Virus record (IMG/VR): IMGVR_UViG_3300038530_003247
Span: 1-64,000 of that record
Length of the DNA: 64,000 bases
Strand: one strand, 5' to 3'
Source: a virus
Taxonomy: Duplodnaviria > Caudoviricetes
Both the position numbers and the translations under genes were made by a program. Positions 47,858 through 57,626 of this stretch are shown here, piece after piece. Position 1 is the first letter of the stretch; each line of letters starts with the position of its first letter. The notes beneath the pieces are model-generated. The model saw only the letters and a list, made by a program, of their open reading frames with translations. It made no database searches and was not told the DNA's origin.

Positions 47858-49027
47858 TTGTTAGTGGGATACTTAATTGGAGGTGCTGGTGAGGGAGCAG
47901 AGCAGGAGATTGTAACTTCTGATAAAGATTACTCTGGTCTTTCTAATGAACAACTTCTGAAACTTAGAGACCAGACAGTTAAAGACATCGCGAAGTTCAA
48001 CAACTTCCAGATGGTCAGAAAGATTACTCTTAACTCTTGTTATGGTGCCTTAGGTAATCAATACTTCAGGCACTTTAAACTTGCAAACGCAGAAGCAATC
48101 ACTCTGTCTGGTCAAGTGAGTATCAGGTGGATTGAGAATCGAATGAATGGATTTATCAATAAGATTCTGAAGACTGAAGATGTTGATTATGTGATTGCGT
48201 CTGATACTGACTCCATCTACATCAACTTCGGTGGAATCGTTGAATCGTTTCTTAAGAAGTTCGACGGTGATAAACAGAAGACCGTTGACATGATTGATAA
48301 GATTTGTCAGGACCAACTTGAACCATTCATTGATAAATCTTATCAACAACTTTCTGAGTATGTGAATGCATACGATCAGAAGATGCAGATGAAACGGGAG
48401 AACATTGCAGACCGTGGAATCTGGACAGCGAAGAAGAGATACATTCTCAACGTGTGGGACAGTGAGGGTGTTCGTTATGAAGATCCTAAACTAAAGATTA
48501 TGGGAATTGAGGCTGTGAAGTCATCAACTCCAGCTCCTGCTCGTAAGATGATTAAGGATGGTCTGAAGTTGATGATGGAAGCAACTGAGGATGAGATGAT
48601 TGACTTCATCGATGCATCGAGAACTCAGTTCTATAACATGTCACCAGAGGAGGTTGCCTTCCCACGTTCAGTCTCTGATGTTGATAAGCATAAATCATCA
48701 TTGAATATCTACGGAAAGGGATGTCCCATCCATGTTCGTGGATCTCTTCTTCATAACCATTACATCAAAGAGAAAGGTCTGGAGAAGAAATACTCCATGA
48801 TTAACAACGGAGATAAGATTAAGTTTGTTTATCTCAAGAAAGCAAATCCCATTAGAGAGAATGTAATTTCTTTTGCAAATGAGTTCCCGCATGAACTCGG
48901 ACTTGCCAAATATATCGATTATGAGTTACAATTTGAGAAAGCTTTCCTTGAACCAGTGAAGAACATTCTTGATGCAATTGGTTGGAGTGTTGAGAAAACT
49001 GTAAACTTAGAACTATTTTTTGGATAA
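47858..49027 (+). CDS. g43: Family B DNA polymerase, C-terminal subunit (motifs B and C, thumb, clamp-binding tail)
   Basis: KITLNSCYG, SDTDS, KKRY and LELFFG motifs; AGGAGG RBS (start TTG 47858 or GTG 47864). Confidence 0.93.
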   Translation: MLVGYLIGGAGEGAEQEIVTSDKDYSGLSNEQLLKLRDQTVKDIAKFNNFQMVRKITLNSCYGALGNQYFRHFKLANAEAITLSGQVSIRWIENRMNGFINKILKTEDVDYVIASDTDSIYINFGGIVESFLKKFDGDKQKTVDMIDKICQDQLEPFIDKSYQQLSEYVNAYDQKMQMKRENIADRGIWTAKKRYILNVWDSEGVRYEDPKLKIMGIEAVKSSTPAPARKMIKDGLKLMMEATEDEMIDFIDASRTQFYNMSPEEVAFPRSVSDVDKHKSSLNIYGKGCPIHVRGSLLHNHYIKEKGLEKKYSMINNGDKIKFVYLKKANPIRENVISFANEFPHELGLAKYIDYELQFEKAFLEPVKNILDAIGWSVEKTVNLELFFG

Positions 49028-50031
49028 TGGATTTTCTAAAAGAAATTGTAAAAGAGATTGGTGATGAGTACACTCAGTTAGCATCTGATATTGATGAGAC
49101 AGAATCTTATGTGGACACGGGTTCTTACATTTTTAACGGACTTGTTTCAGGGTCTATATTTGGTGGTGTATCTGGGAATAAGATTACTGCCATTGCTGGT
49201 GAGTCTAGTACTGGAAAAACTTTTTTCAGTCTTGCTGTCGTCAAGAACTTCCTTGATTCTAACCCTGATGGTTATTGTTTATATTTTGACACTGAAGCCG
49301 CTGTTAACAAGTCTCTTCTCGCAGATCGAGGCATCGATCTCGACAGGTTTGTTGTAGTCAACGTTGTTACAATTGAACAATTCAGACAGAAGGCACTTCA
49401 AGCTGTCGACATTTATTTGAAGAAACCTGAGGGTGAACGTAAACCTTGTATGTTTGTTCTTGACTCTCTTGGAATGCTCTCCACTGAGAAGGAGATTACC
49501 GATGCCCTGAATGATAAACAGGTTCGTGACATGACAAAATCACAGCTTGTTAAAGGTGCTTTCAGGATGCTGACCTTGAAGTTAGGTCAAGCTAAGATAC
49601 CTATGATCGTCACTAATCACACCTACGATGTTATCGGAGCTTATGTCCCTACTAAGGAAATGGGAGGAGGTAGTGGCCTCAAGTACGCCGCGTCTACGAT
49701 CGTTTATCTCTCAAAGAAAAAAGAAAAGGATGGAACAACTATTGTCGGCAACCTTATCAAAGCTAAAACGGCAAAGTCGAGACTGAGTAAGGAGAACAAG
49801 GATGTTACAGTACGTCTTTATTACGATGAGCGTGGTCTTGATCGATATTATGGTCTTCTTGAACTCGGTGAGATTGGCGGACTTTGGAAAAACGTTGCTG
49901 GTCGATATGAGATGAATGGTAAGAAGGTCTACGCCAAGGCTATCTTGAAAGACCCAGAACAATACTTCACTGATGAAGTGATGCAACAATTGGATGAAGT
50001 TGCTAAAAGGGAGTTTAGTTATGGCAGCTGA
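49027..50031 (+). CDS. uvsX: RecA-like recombinase
   Basis: GESSTGKT, FDTE and MGGGSG motifs. Confidence 0.94.
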   Translation: MDFLKEIVKEIGDEYTQLASDIDETESYVDTGSYIFNGLVSGSIFGGVSGNKITAIAGESSTGKTFFSLAVVKNFLDSNPDGYCLYFDTEAAVNKSLLADRGIDLDRFVVVNVVTIEQFRQKALQAVDIYLKKPEGERKPCMFVLDSLGMLSTEKEITDALNDKQVRDMTKSQLVKGAFRMLTLKLGQAKIPMIVTNHTYDVIGAYVPTKEMGGGSGLKYAASTIVYLSKKKEKDGTTIVGNLIKAKTAKSRLSKENKDVTVRLYYDERGLDRYYGLLELGEIGGLWKNVAGRYEMNGKKVYAKAILKDPEQYFTDEVMQQLDEVAKREFSYGS

Positions 50032-50587
50032 ACTGTCTTATGACTTTTCTAGATTGTCGAAAGAAAGTGATATCATCCAAATCCAGTATGACTGCAACAT
50101 ACACAAATCCGATGGAGAAGAAGCTCAGGTTTGGACATCAGATAATGAAGATGGTTTTTATTCTGACACTCGAAAATGTGATGCTTGGAATTTGGAACCC
50201 GAAGATATAAGCTTCTGTGAGAAATTTTCAAACATCATTAAAAGAGTGAATGCAGATAAGTGGAGAATGGATTTGAAGGGTGAATTTGAGATACCCTTAC
50301 AATTTCTACATTATCATGAACCTGGTCATCATTTTGACTGGCACCATGATGTTATGGTCGACATCGACTTTAATTTAGTAGGACTCCGTAAGATAACGAT
50401 GGTTTATTGTTTATCTAAGTCGAGTGACTATGAGGGTGGTGAATTTAATGTGATTAATTTTGACCAAAACATACACAGTGTTAAAATGGATAGGGGTGAT
50501 CTTATGATCCTCCCCTCAGCTGTTATGCACAAAGTCTCTCCTCTCATTAGTGGAGAGAGGAAAACTCTTGTTGGATGGTATGGATAG
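50021..50587 (+). CDS. 2OG-Fe(II) oxygenase
   Basis: WHHD, YEGGEF and HKVSP...R.TLVGW motifs. Confidence 0.9.
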   Translation: MAAELSYDFSRLSKESDIIQIQYDCNIHKSDGEEAQVWTSDNEDGFYSDTRKCDAWNLEPEDISFCEKFSNIIKRVNADKWRMDLKGEFEIPLQFLHYHEPGHHFDWHHDVMVDIDFNLVGLRKITMVYCLSKSSDYEGGEFNVINFDQNIHSVKMDRGDLMILPSAVMHKVSPLISGERKTLVGWYG

Positions 50588-51956
50588 TATTGAAATTCTG
50601 ATTCTTAAGAATCTGATTAATGATGAAGAGTTCCTCAGGAAGGTAATCCCTTTTCTCAAGAAAGATTATTTTCAAGATTATTCTCAGAAAGTTACCTTTG
50701 AGGAGATAAGTTCTTTTGTTGAGAACTATAATCGTATTCCATCTAAGGAAGTTCTTCTCATCGAGACCGAGAAGAGAAATGATATGAATGAGACAACCTT
50801 CAAAGAGGTTGCCACTTTCATTTCAAATTTGAATGAGTGTCCTGCTGAGTTTGAGTGGTTGTGTAACACCACAGAGAAGTGGTGTAGAGATCGCGCAATC
50901 TATCTGGCATTGATGGAGTCCATCAACATCGCTGATGGTAACGATGAGAAGAAGTCACCTGATGCGATTCCAAGTATTCTCTCTGATGCTCTTGCGATTT
51001 CATTTGATAATCACGTCGGTCACGATTATTTACAGGACTATGAAACACGTTATGAGAGCTACCACAGGAAGGAAGACAAGATTGAATTTGATCTCGAACA
51101 CTTTAACAAGATTACGAAAGGTGGTCTCCCTAACAAAACTCTTAACATCGCGCTTGCTGGTACAGGCGTCGGCAAGTCTCTATTCATGTGCCACATGGCT
51201 AGCTCCGTCTTGCTCCAAGGACGGAACGTTCTGTACATTACAATGGAAATGGCAGAAGAGAAGATTGCTGAACGAATTGACGCAAACTTATTAAATGTTA
51301 ATATACAGGAGATCACAGATCTTCCTAAACAAATGTTTGAAACCAAGGTAAATAACCTTGCGAAGAAGACACAGGGAACCCTGATCATTAAAGAGTATCC
51401 AACAGCCTCTGCTCATGTCGGACATTTCAAAGGACTTCTCAATGAACTTTCTCTTAAGAAATCATTTAGACCTGACATTATTTTCATTGATTACCTTAAT
51501 ATTTGTGCTTCCTCTCGGTATCGGGGAGGCAGCAATATCAATTCATATACGGTTATCAAGTCTATTGCTGAGGAGCTTAGAGGTTTGGCGTGTGAGGCAA
51601 ATGTTCCAATCGTCTCTGCTACTCAAACCACTCGTTCTGGTTATGGTAGCTCTGATGTTGAGCTTACTGATACTTCTGAGTCCTTTGGTCTCCCTGCTAC
51701 TGCTGATCTTATGTTTGCCCTTATTTCAACTGAAGAGCTTGAAGAACTTGGACAAATTCTGGTAAAACAACTCAAAAACAGGTACAATGATCCTACCATC
51801 CACAAGCGCTTTGTTGTCGGCATTGACAGGGCTAAAATGCGTCTCTATGATTGTGAGCAATCTGCACAAGATGACTTACTCAATTCGTCGTCCGATCCGG
51901 AGAATGTTGGGGAACAACCAAAACCAAAGAAATCATTTGAGGGATTCAAGTTCTAA
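50580..51956 (+). CDS. g41: Replicative helicase
   Basis: AGTGVGKS, IDYLNI and QLKNRY motifs. Confidence 0.96.
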   Translation: MDSIEILILKNLINDEEFLRKVIPFLKKDYFQDYSQKVTFEEISSFVENYNRIPSKEVLLIETEKRNDMNETTFKEVATFISNLNECPAEFEWLCNTTEKWCRDRAIYLALMESINIADGNDEKKSPDAIPSILSDALAISFDNHVGHDYLQDYETRYESYHRKEDKIEFDLEHFNKITKGGLPNKTLNIALAGTGVGKSLFMCHMASSVLLQGRNVLYITMEMAEEKIAERIDANLLNVNIQEITDLPKQMFETKVNNLAKKTQGTLIIKEYPTASAHVGHFKGLLNELSLKKSFRPDIIFIDYLNICASSRYRGGSNINSYTVIKSIAEELRGLACEANVPIVSATQTTRSGYGSSDVELTDTSESFGLPATADLMFALISTEELEELGQILVKQLKNRYNDPTIHKRFVVGIDRAKMRLYDCEQSAQDDLLNSSSDPENVGEQPKPKKSFEGFKF

Positions 51957-52294
51957 TGGAAAGTAATGAACTGAGTGTAAAGAAAGAGAGTCAACTCGCA
52001 AGGAATGATGCACCTCATTATTATGAGGTGAAGATTAAAGGTCATCCTAATGGTGTGCCACAGATGCACTGTGGTAAAATCAAAGATGCAGAAAGACTTC
52101 TGGAGATGTATCCAGGCTCAACTATGAGCAAGATCTACTTTCCCCATCCACCCGAAACGGTTGACGTTTCTTATGTTACAATGGAGAACGACAAGCAACT
52201 TCCCACAATCAAAATTAGAGGACAGGAGATCTTCATCCAACAACAGTTGCCTCAAAATTGTCAAGAACCATTTATCCCTGATTTTCATGACTAA
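51956..52294 (+). CDS. Hypothetical protein
   Basis: Translationally coupled ORF. Confidence 0.6.
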   Translation: MESNELSVKKESQLARNDAPHYYEVKIKGHPNGVPQMHCGKIKDAERLLEMYPGSTMSKIYFPHPPETVDVSYVTMENDKQLPTIKIRGQEIFIQQQLPQNCQEPFIPDFHD

Positions 52295-52697
52295 ACAAGT
52301 TGACACTGACAAGTATCTGGAGTTTGTTAATGGAGTTACCTCACAGCCAAGTAAAGATCACGAAGCTTTCATCTATCGTCTTCAAGAGTTGGAAGGCCAA
52401 GGATTTCATTCCGAGCGACTGCTTACTGCTGCTGTAGGATTGTGTGCAGAGAGTGGTGAGTTTACTGAGGTTGTGAAGAAGATTGTGTTCCAGGGTAAAC
52501 CTGTGAATGAGGATAACATCTTTCACCTCAAGAGGGAACTTGGAGATGTGATGTGGTATCTTGCACAAGCTTGTATGGCTCTGGACACAACCATCGATGA
52601 GGTTATTGAGATGAATGTTGATAAACTTCAATCTCGTTACCCTGGTGGTAGTTTTGATGTACACTATTCTGAAAATCGTAAAGAAGGAGACGTCTGA
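52287..52697 (+). CDS. mazG: MazG-like nucleotide pyrophosphohydrolase
   Basis: ESGEFTE, ELGDVMWY and KLQSRYP motifs. Confidence 0.9.
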   Translation: MTKQVDTDKYLEFVNGVTSQPSKDHEAFIYRLQELEGQGFHSERLLTAAVGLCAESGEFTEVVKKIVFQGKPVNEDNIFHLKRELGDVMWYLAQACMALDTTIDEVIEMNVDKLQSRYPGGSFDVHYSENRKEGDV

Positions 52698-53116
52698 TGA
52701 ATGGCAATTTAGAACCAGAGGAGAGAGTTATGGACGATGAGCTGATTGCAAATCGTAAGTCTGCTGCTGTGATGAAGGCATTGCATGACAAGATTAAAGA
52801 AACGATCGCAACTCTTGGTTGGGATTGTTATGATAATGTTACCGTTGAAATTGGAGGTACTCAAGTCTCTGGTATCGATGTTGGTGAGGTCTACAATAAG
52901 AAGTGGCAGTCACCTATTGGTACTCGCAAGTACAATAAAGACGCCTTCATTATTATCAAGAACCAGGATCGTAGAGACTTGAGTAAGTCTGAACCCTTTG
53001 GTGATGGTGAGTTTAAACCACAACACCCATACACTCCTCCCTCTGAAGATCAAGAAATTGTTGTAAACATGGATGGTGGAGTTGGTGGGTCTTGGGAAGT
53101 TAAAGAAGAATCTTGA
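52697..53116 (+). CDS. Hypothetical protein
   Basis: Translationally coupled ORF. Confidence 0.65.
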   Translation: MNGNLEPEERVMDDELIANRKSAAVMKALHDKIKETIATLGWDCYDNVTVEIGGTQVSGIDVGEVYNKKWQSPIGTRKYNKDAFIIIKNQDRRDLSKSEPFGDGEFKPQHPYTPPSEDQEIVVNMDGGVGGSWEVKEES

Positions 53117-53135
53117 ACACTTATCTTAGAAAATT

Positions 53136-53339
53136 ATGATCAATGTAGAAGTACCAGTTAGAACTGCTGCAGCAGTCAGACAAGTTCTGTTTGATGAACA
53201 GAAAATTTATACTCATGATGATGACACCACTCCAGAACGAATCAAAGAAATTCGTGGAGTGATTCAACAACTTGACGAAGGAATTGAAGCTGCTCTCAAG
53301 ACACTTGAAGAACAAATTCAGAAGGGGTCTGAGGAATGA
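53136..53339 (+). CDS. Hypothetical protein
   Basis: ORF in a tightly packed run. Confidence 0.6.
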   Translation: MINVEVPVRTAAAVRQVLFDEQKIYTHDDDTTPERIKEIRGVIQQLDEGIEAALKTLEEQIQKGSEE

Positions 53340-53449
53340 AGTATCTTTTTGTTGGTCTTGTTGCCACTCTTGTTTGGGAGTTTGGTCACCCTTACATCCC
53401 TGGATTGGTTGTTGATCATGAACACACACATGTGGAGGAAGTTCGATGA
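53336..53449 (+). CDS. 37-aa peptide
   Basis: ATGA overlaps on both sides. Confidence 0.5.
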   Translation: MKYLFVGLVATLVWEFGHPYIPGLVVDHEHTHVEEVR

Positions 53450-53658
53450 AAATTCTTACTCTCGAAGATTATCAAAAGGCTGGTGAACATTTCTGGTCAA
53501 AGTACTGGTATGTTGCTAAAGAACTTGGTGAAGATGCCAAGACAGAAGACATCCTGAAAGTCATGGAGACTCTCGGTGGTGTAGCTCTTCAGTTCAAAAA
53601 CGAGGAAGATGGTGTAGGACCATTTGGGTTCAACAAAGGCGAGAAAGAAGAAGCATAA
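53446..53658 (+). CDS. Hypothetical protein
   Basis: GGAGG RBS. Confidence 0.65.
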   Translation: MKILTLEDYQKAGEHFWSKYWYVAKELGEDAKTEDILKVMETLGGVALQFKNEEDGVGPFGFNKGEKEEA

Positions 53659-53687
53659 ATAACTTCTAGGAATATTCTAAAAGTAAG

Positions 53688-54665
53688 ATGTCAGACATGA
53701 ATGACTTGTGCAGAGTGTATTCTGCTGTACATAATTCGGAAGTCAAAAAAGAAATCACAGAGGCTAGAGATGCATTTAGTGAGATGGATCTCTCGAAGAT
53801 GACTAAGTCCGATCTTTATGAGATGGCTGAAGAAATCTTTGAAGAGATCTTCTCCACCGGACTCACTCTCAAACAAGTAGACACTGTTCTTGGTTCCGTT
53901 ATGGAGGAAGTCTCCTCTGTCACCACGTCTGAATTTAGGGCTGATAAGATTGAGAGATTGGCCGAAGCTTTTGATGAAGTGTTTGAGAAGGTCACAGAGA
54001 ATTCTGAAAGAAACTGCGTTGAGATGTTCCTCAAGTATCGGAAGAACAAGCCTCTCAATGAGAAGTGGTACAGCAGAGTTAATCATGAACAAGGAAATGA
54101 TAAAATCCACGCAGCTCTGATTGCTCAGGACAAGAAGAACATCAAGGAAAGCATTCTGTCTCTCGTTGAGAAGAAGGTTATGGATTCTTCTTACCTTGAG
54201 ACCAATATGAAGAAGAGACAAGAGAATAACGAGAAGGCTCGTAAGGACATGAAGAAGATGGGCACTTCTATGAAGAACCCTCACTTTGAAGAAGTTTCTC
54301 AGATCAGAAAGGACTGGTCCGGAGCTTACTCTTCCATCTATGAGAAGAAGCTTGATCCCGTTGGTCAGGAAGATGGTGACATCGACAATGATGGTGACGA
54401 GGATTCCTCTGATAAGTATCTCGCCAAGAGACGTAAGGCCATTGCCAAGGCCATGGGTAAGGACAAGGAAGAGATGAAGGAAACCTACACTGTCACTAAT
54501 GCTGACAAGAAAGGTAACACCAAAGCATATCAGAACTACAAAGCTGGTATGAAGAAGAAAGATGGTAGCCCAATGTACAAGGCTGCTGATCACATGAAAG
54601 AGAGTAAGTTCTCCGAGGCTGAACTGAAGGCTATTGAAGAGAAGGTAAATAGCTGGGAAGACTGA
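53688..54665 (+). CDS. Late charged protein, probable head-internal protein
   Basis: TAAATA at 53656; acidic/basic modules; DIDNDGDED Ca-binding-like motif. Confidence 0.6.
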   Translation: MSDMNDLCRVYSAVHNSEVKKEITEARDAFSEMDLSKMTKSDLYEMAEEIFEEIFSTGLTLKQVDTVLGSVMEEVSSVTTSEFRADKIERLAEAFDEVFEKVTENSERNCVEMFLKYRKNKPLNEKWYSRVNHEQGNDKIHAALIAQDKKNIKESILSLVEKKVMDSSYLETNMKKRQENNEKARKDMKKMGTSMKNPHFEEVSQIRKDWSGAYSSIYEKKLDPVGQEDGDIDNDGDEDSSDKYLAKRRKAIAKAMGKDKEEMKETYTVTNADKKGNTKAYQNYKAGMKKKDGSPMYKAADHMKESKFSEAELKAIEEKVNSWED

Positions 54666-54683
54666 TAAACTGGAGGATCGGTA

Positions 54684-56717
54684 ATGAGAGACGTTTTTAA
54701 GTATTTTAAATACGCAAGATCCGTCCAACAAGATGTTATCTCTGAGAGCACAACTTCTGAAAGAGCTCATGAACTGGGTTATGAATATCAGTCTCGTGGT
54801 GTCTGGTTAGACCCACAGACTGGTAAGAAGTATCGTGCTCAGGGAACTCAGTTCAAAGAGATTGATACTGTACAACCAAAAGAAAGAGAGCCAGCTGCTC
54901 AAGGGGAACCGAAATCTGAGAGAAAACCTGCACAGTCGGAAAAAGAAGAGGGTGGTGAGAAACAAGTTCTATCTAATCCTCAGGTCAACAGAGTTGTTGC
55001 TGGTGGTCCGACGGCGACTGCTCTTGCTACTGGAGATCAAAAGTCTGTTGAGAAACAACTCTCAAGAGGAAGAGAGGATGTCCAAAGTGCAGAGAGAAAG
55101 GCACAGATCAAAGCTCAGGCAGCTGCTTTGATTTCTGCAGACAGGGCTAAGAGACAGGCTGAAGCTGATGCCGCTGCTGAAGCAGAAGCACCAGAGGGTC
55201 TCGATGATCTTCTTAGTGACATCAGGGATGAGGAACCTGCGAAGAAACCAGAAGACTTCCCCACAGTTGATGATAAGATTGCTGAAGTTGACCAAGAACT
55301 GGATGGTCTTGACGACGATGAGGCCTTTGAGTATGAGTATGATAGGTTCCAACAGGATCTTAAGAAGACCATGAAGGACTTGACTGATCGTCAACGTAAG
55401 ATGATGGAGAAGAAGTTCGCAAATTTCCGAGAGAGTCTAAAGAACATTCCTTCTGCATCTGATAGGAGGTCATTCATTCAGTCCATGGCACATGCGAAGA
55501 CTTTTGAGGGTAGAACGAATGCAGGTGCAGGTAAGAATAACCTGGGATATGCCGATGTTCAGAATCTGATGGCCAATCGTGATAGGTTGTTGGAAGGTTA
55601 TGGTGACGGATCACCAAAACAAATTAAGAAATTTGTCAAATCTGTCAGATCTAATAAAGTATCTGATGATTTTGTTGATGCATCTTTTGAGATTCTCCCT
55701 GACGTCTTCAAGAAATCATTGAGTGGTAAAGGTCAAGTGACCAACGATAAATATGTGTCCGACGACAAGGCTCATAAAGACATTCATTACCTCGGTAAAA
55801 ACAAGGATGGAACAATTCGTCGTGGACCTGCATCCAATAAAGAAAGAGCAAAACATATGTGGAGGATCTACCTGGAACAGGGTGGTCGTGACGCATACAC
55901 AGGTCTCCCTCTTGACCTGCAAGCCATGGATCTTGAGCACGTCCGTGGTTTTAACAATAAAGATGGTGGCGCGCCGGGTAAAGAACAGTGGGAACAGAGA
56001 GAAAATGATGATAACATGACTCTCATCAACTCAAACATCAACCAGAAGAAGGTTGATCTTTCGATGGAAGATTTCTTCAAGAGAGAAGTTGATCCCCATA
56101 AGGATAAGTCTGAAGATGACTTTGGAGGAATTGAGAAACTCTTTGAGAAGCAGAACGAGATTGGTAGTGTTGGTGATCAACTAGCCAAAACACTTCTGGG
56201 TGAAGGTGGTAAGGGACTTGGTGATCAAGTTACTAAGGACATTCTCCTTCAATACTTCTCGGATGATGACAAAAGATATACTGATCTTAGAAATGAGTTC
56301 CGTAGAGTAGCAACAGATGATAAGGATAAAAAGAAAGCAGCTGGTATGAAGTCAAAACTTGGTAAAACACTCCTGAAAGCCACTGGTTTGTCTCGTGGTA
56401 TTACTGACCCATCAGGTAGAAGGACAGTTGCACTTCAAGAAAATGTGTATCGTGGTTTCCTTCAGTCGATGGCTGGAGCAAAATCAACAGATCGTCAGAG
56501 ATATATGGATGGTTGGGCTCAGGCCATCAAGGCTGGTAACGACGAAAGATCACCAAAGGCAGTTAACAGAACACTGGTTGAACTGGGACTGATTGATGAG
56601 GATATCTTGAACGATAGGAAGGCTGGAAGAGTGTTCAAAGAGGAATTGGAAGAGTTGACAAAACTATCAGGACGCGATAGAATTGAAAGACTGAAAAGAT
56701 CTCTAAGAGACATTTGA
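54684..56717 (+). CDS. Large protein with an HNH nuclease domain
   Basis: YLEQGGRDAYTG...DLEHV...NMTLINSNINQKK motif. Confidence 0.7.
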   Translation: MRDVFKYFKYARSVQQDVISESTTSERAHELGYEYQSRGVWLDPQTGKKYRAQGTQFKEIDTVQPKEREPAAQGEPKSERKPAQSEKEEGGEKQVLSNPQVNRVVAGGPTATALATGDQKSVEKQLSRGREDVQSAERKAQIKAQAAALISADRAKRQAEADAAAEAEAPEGLDDLLSDIRDEEPAKKPEDFPTVDDKIAEVDQELDGLDDDEAFEYEYDRFQQDLKKTMKDLTDRQRKMMEKKFANFRESLKNIPSASDRRSFIQSMAHAKTFEGRTNAGAGKNNLGYADVQNLMANRDRLLEGYGDGSPKQIKKFVKSVRSNKVSDDFVDASFEILPDVFKKSLSGKGQVTNDKYVSDDKAHKDIHYLGKNKDGTIRRGPASNKERAKHMWRIYLEQGGRDAYTGLPLDLQAMDLEHVRGFNNKDGGAPGKEQWEQRENDDNMTLINSNINQKKVDLSMEDFFKREVDPHKDKSEDDFGGIEKLFEKQNEIGSVGDQLAKTLLGEGGKGLGDQVTKDILLQYFSDDDKRYTDLRNEFRRVATDDKDKKKAAGMKSKLGKTLLKATGLSRGITDPSGRRTVALQENVYRGFLQSMAGAKSTDRQRYMDGWAQAIKAGNDERSPKAVNRTLVELGLIDEDILNDRKAGRVFKEELEELTKLSGRDRIERLKRSLRDI

Positions 56718-56737
56718 AAACCCACTAGATATTTTTA

Positions 56738-57589
56738 ATGACACTTGAAATTAACAAAGTTCACTTGATGAATAACATTGAGGGGACTCAATTGATGGAG
56801 CCTGACTCAGTCAATCTGGTTGTCACTTCTCCACCCTATGATAACCTCAGAGAATACAATGACTCCTCTTCTTGGAACTTTGATGTGTTCAAGAAGGTTG
56901 CTGATGGACTCATTCGTGTTCTCAAACCAGGTGGTGTGATTGCATGGAACGTTGCTGATGCCATCGTTGAACTTCACAAGAAGCAAGGAACTTCGAGAAC
57001 TGGTTCTTCATTCCGTCAGTGTCTTTACTTCCAAGAACAGGGACTGAACTTCCACGACCTTATCATTTACGAGAAACCAGCTGCTCGTTTCTCAGCTTCT
57101 GTAACTGGACTTCGTTACTCTGATGTGTTTGAGTATGTCTTCATCATGACGAAGGGGAAACCAGATCACATGCAAGTGATTGCAGACAAGAAGAACAAAG
57201 GTTTCGGAACAACCTTCACCAAAGATGGTGGACGAAACAAGGATGGAACTCGTAACCGTGACGCAAAGAAGACACAGATTGCTGTGAAGGAGTTCGGTGT
57301 TCGTCATAATATCTGGAGAATCAATAACTCATGTGGAGCTCACGGGATGCCCAAGGAGGCTTACGAACACCCAGCTCTGATGCCACAGGAACTGGCAGAT
57401 GACCTGATTCGTTCTTACTCTCGTGAAGGTGACCTGGTGTTGGACCCCTTCATGGGTTCTGGAACCACAGCAAGAATGGCTTACAAGAACAATCGTGATT
57501 ATATTGGGTTTGAGATCGACCCCACTTACCATGAGTTGTGTGTCAACCTCAACGCTTCCGAATGTAACTCCGTATTTGACAAACTCTAA
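56738..57589 (+). CDS. DNA amino-methyltransferase (beta class, probably N4-cytosine)
   Basis: TSPPY catalytic motif precedes HPA and the DPFMGSGTT SAM-binding motif. Confidence 0.92.
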   Translation: MTLEINKVHLMNNIEGTQLMEPDSVNLVVTSPPYDNLREYNDSSSWNFDVFKKVADGLIRVLKPGGVIAWNVADAIVELHKKQGTSRTGSSFRQCLYFQEQGLNFHDLIIYEKPAARFSASVTGLRYSDVFEYVFIMTKGKPDHMQVIADKKNKGFGTTFTKDGGRNKDGTRNRDAKKTQIAVKEFGVRHNIWRINNSCGAHGMPKEAYEHPALMPQELADDLIRSYSREGDLVLDPFMGSGTTARMAYKNNRDYIGFEIDPTYHELCVNLNASECNSVFDKL

Positions 57590-57604
57590 AACACCTGTTA
57601 GTAT
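57576..57604 (+). promoter_or_regulatory. Early promoter of the sigma factor gene
   Basis: TTGACA-17 nt-TAGTAT with an extended TG. Confidence 0.7.
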
Positions 57605-57626
57605 AAGATCCCATCACACATCACCC

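Noticed and set aside
53691-54770. 359-aa hydrophobic minus-strand ORF
   Set aside because: Mirror of the Lys/Glu-rich plus-strand gene; the Leu/Phe richness comes from reverse-complemented AAG/GAA codons.
54684-56717. Cas9 or CRISPR system
   Set aside because: Only an HNH-like motif is recognisable. No RuvC motifs, repeat-spacer array or other cas genes were seen in the window.
57423-57626. N-terminal extension of the sigma factor
   Set aside because: It overlaps the methyltransferase out of frame and lies upstream of the gene's own promoter.
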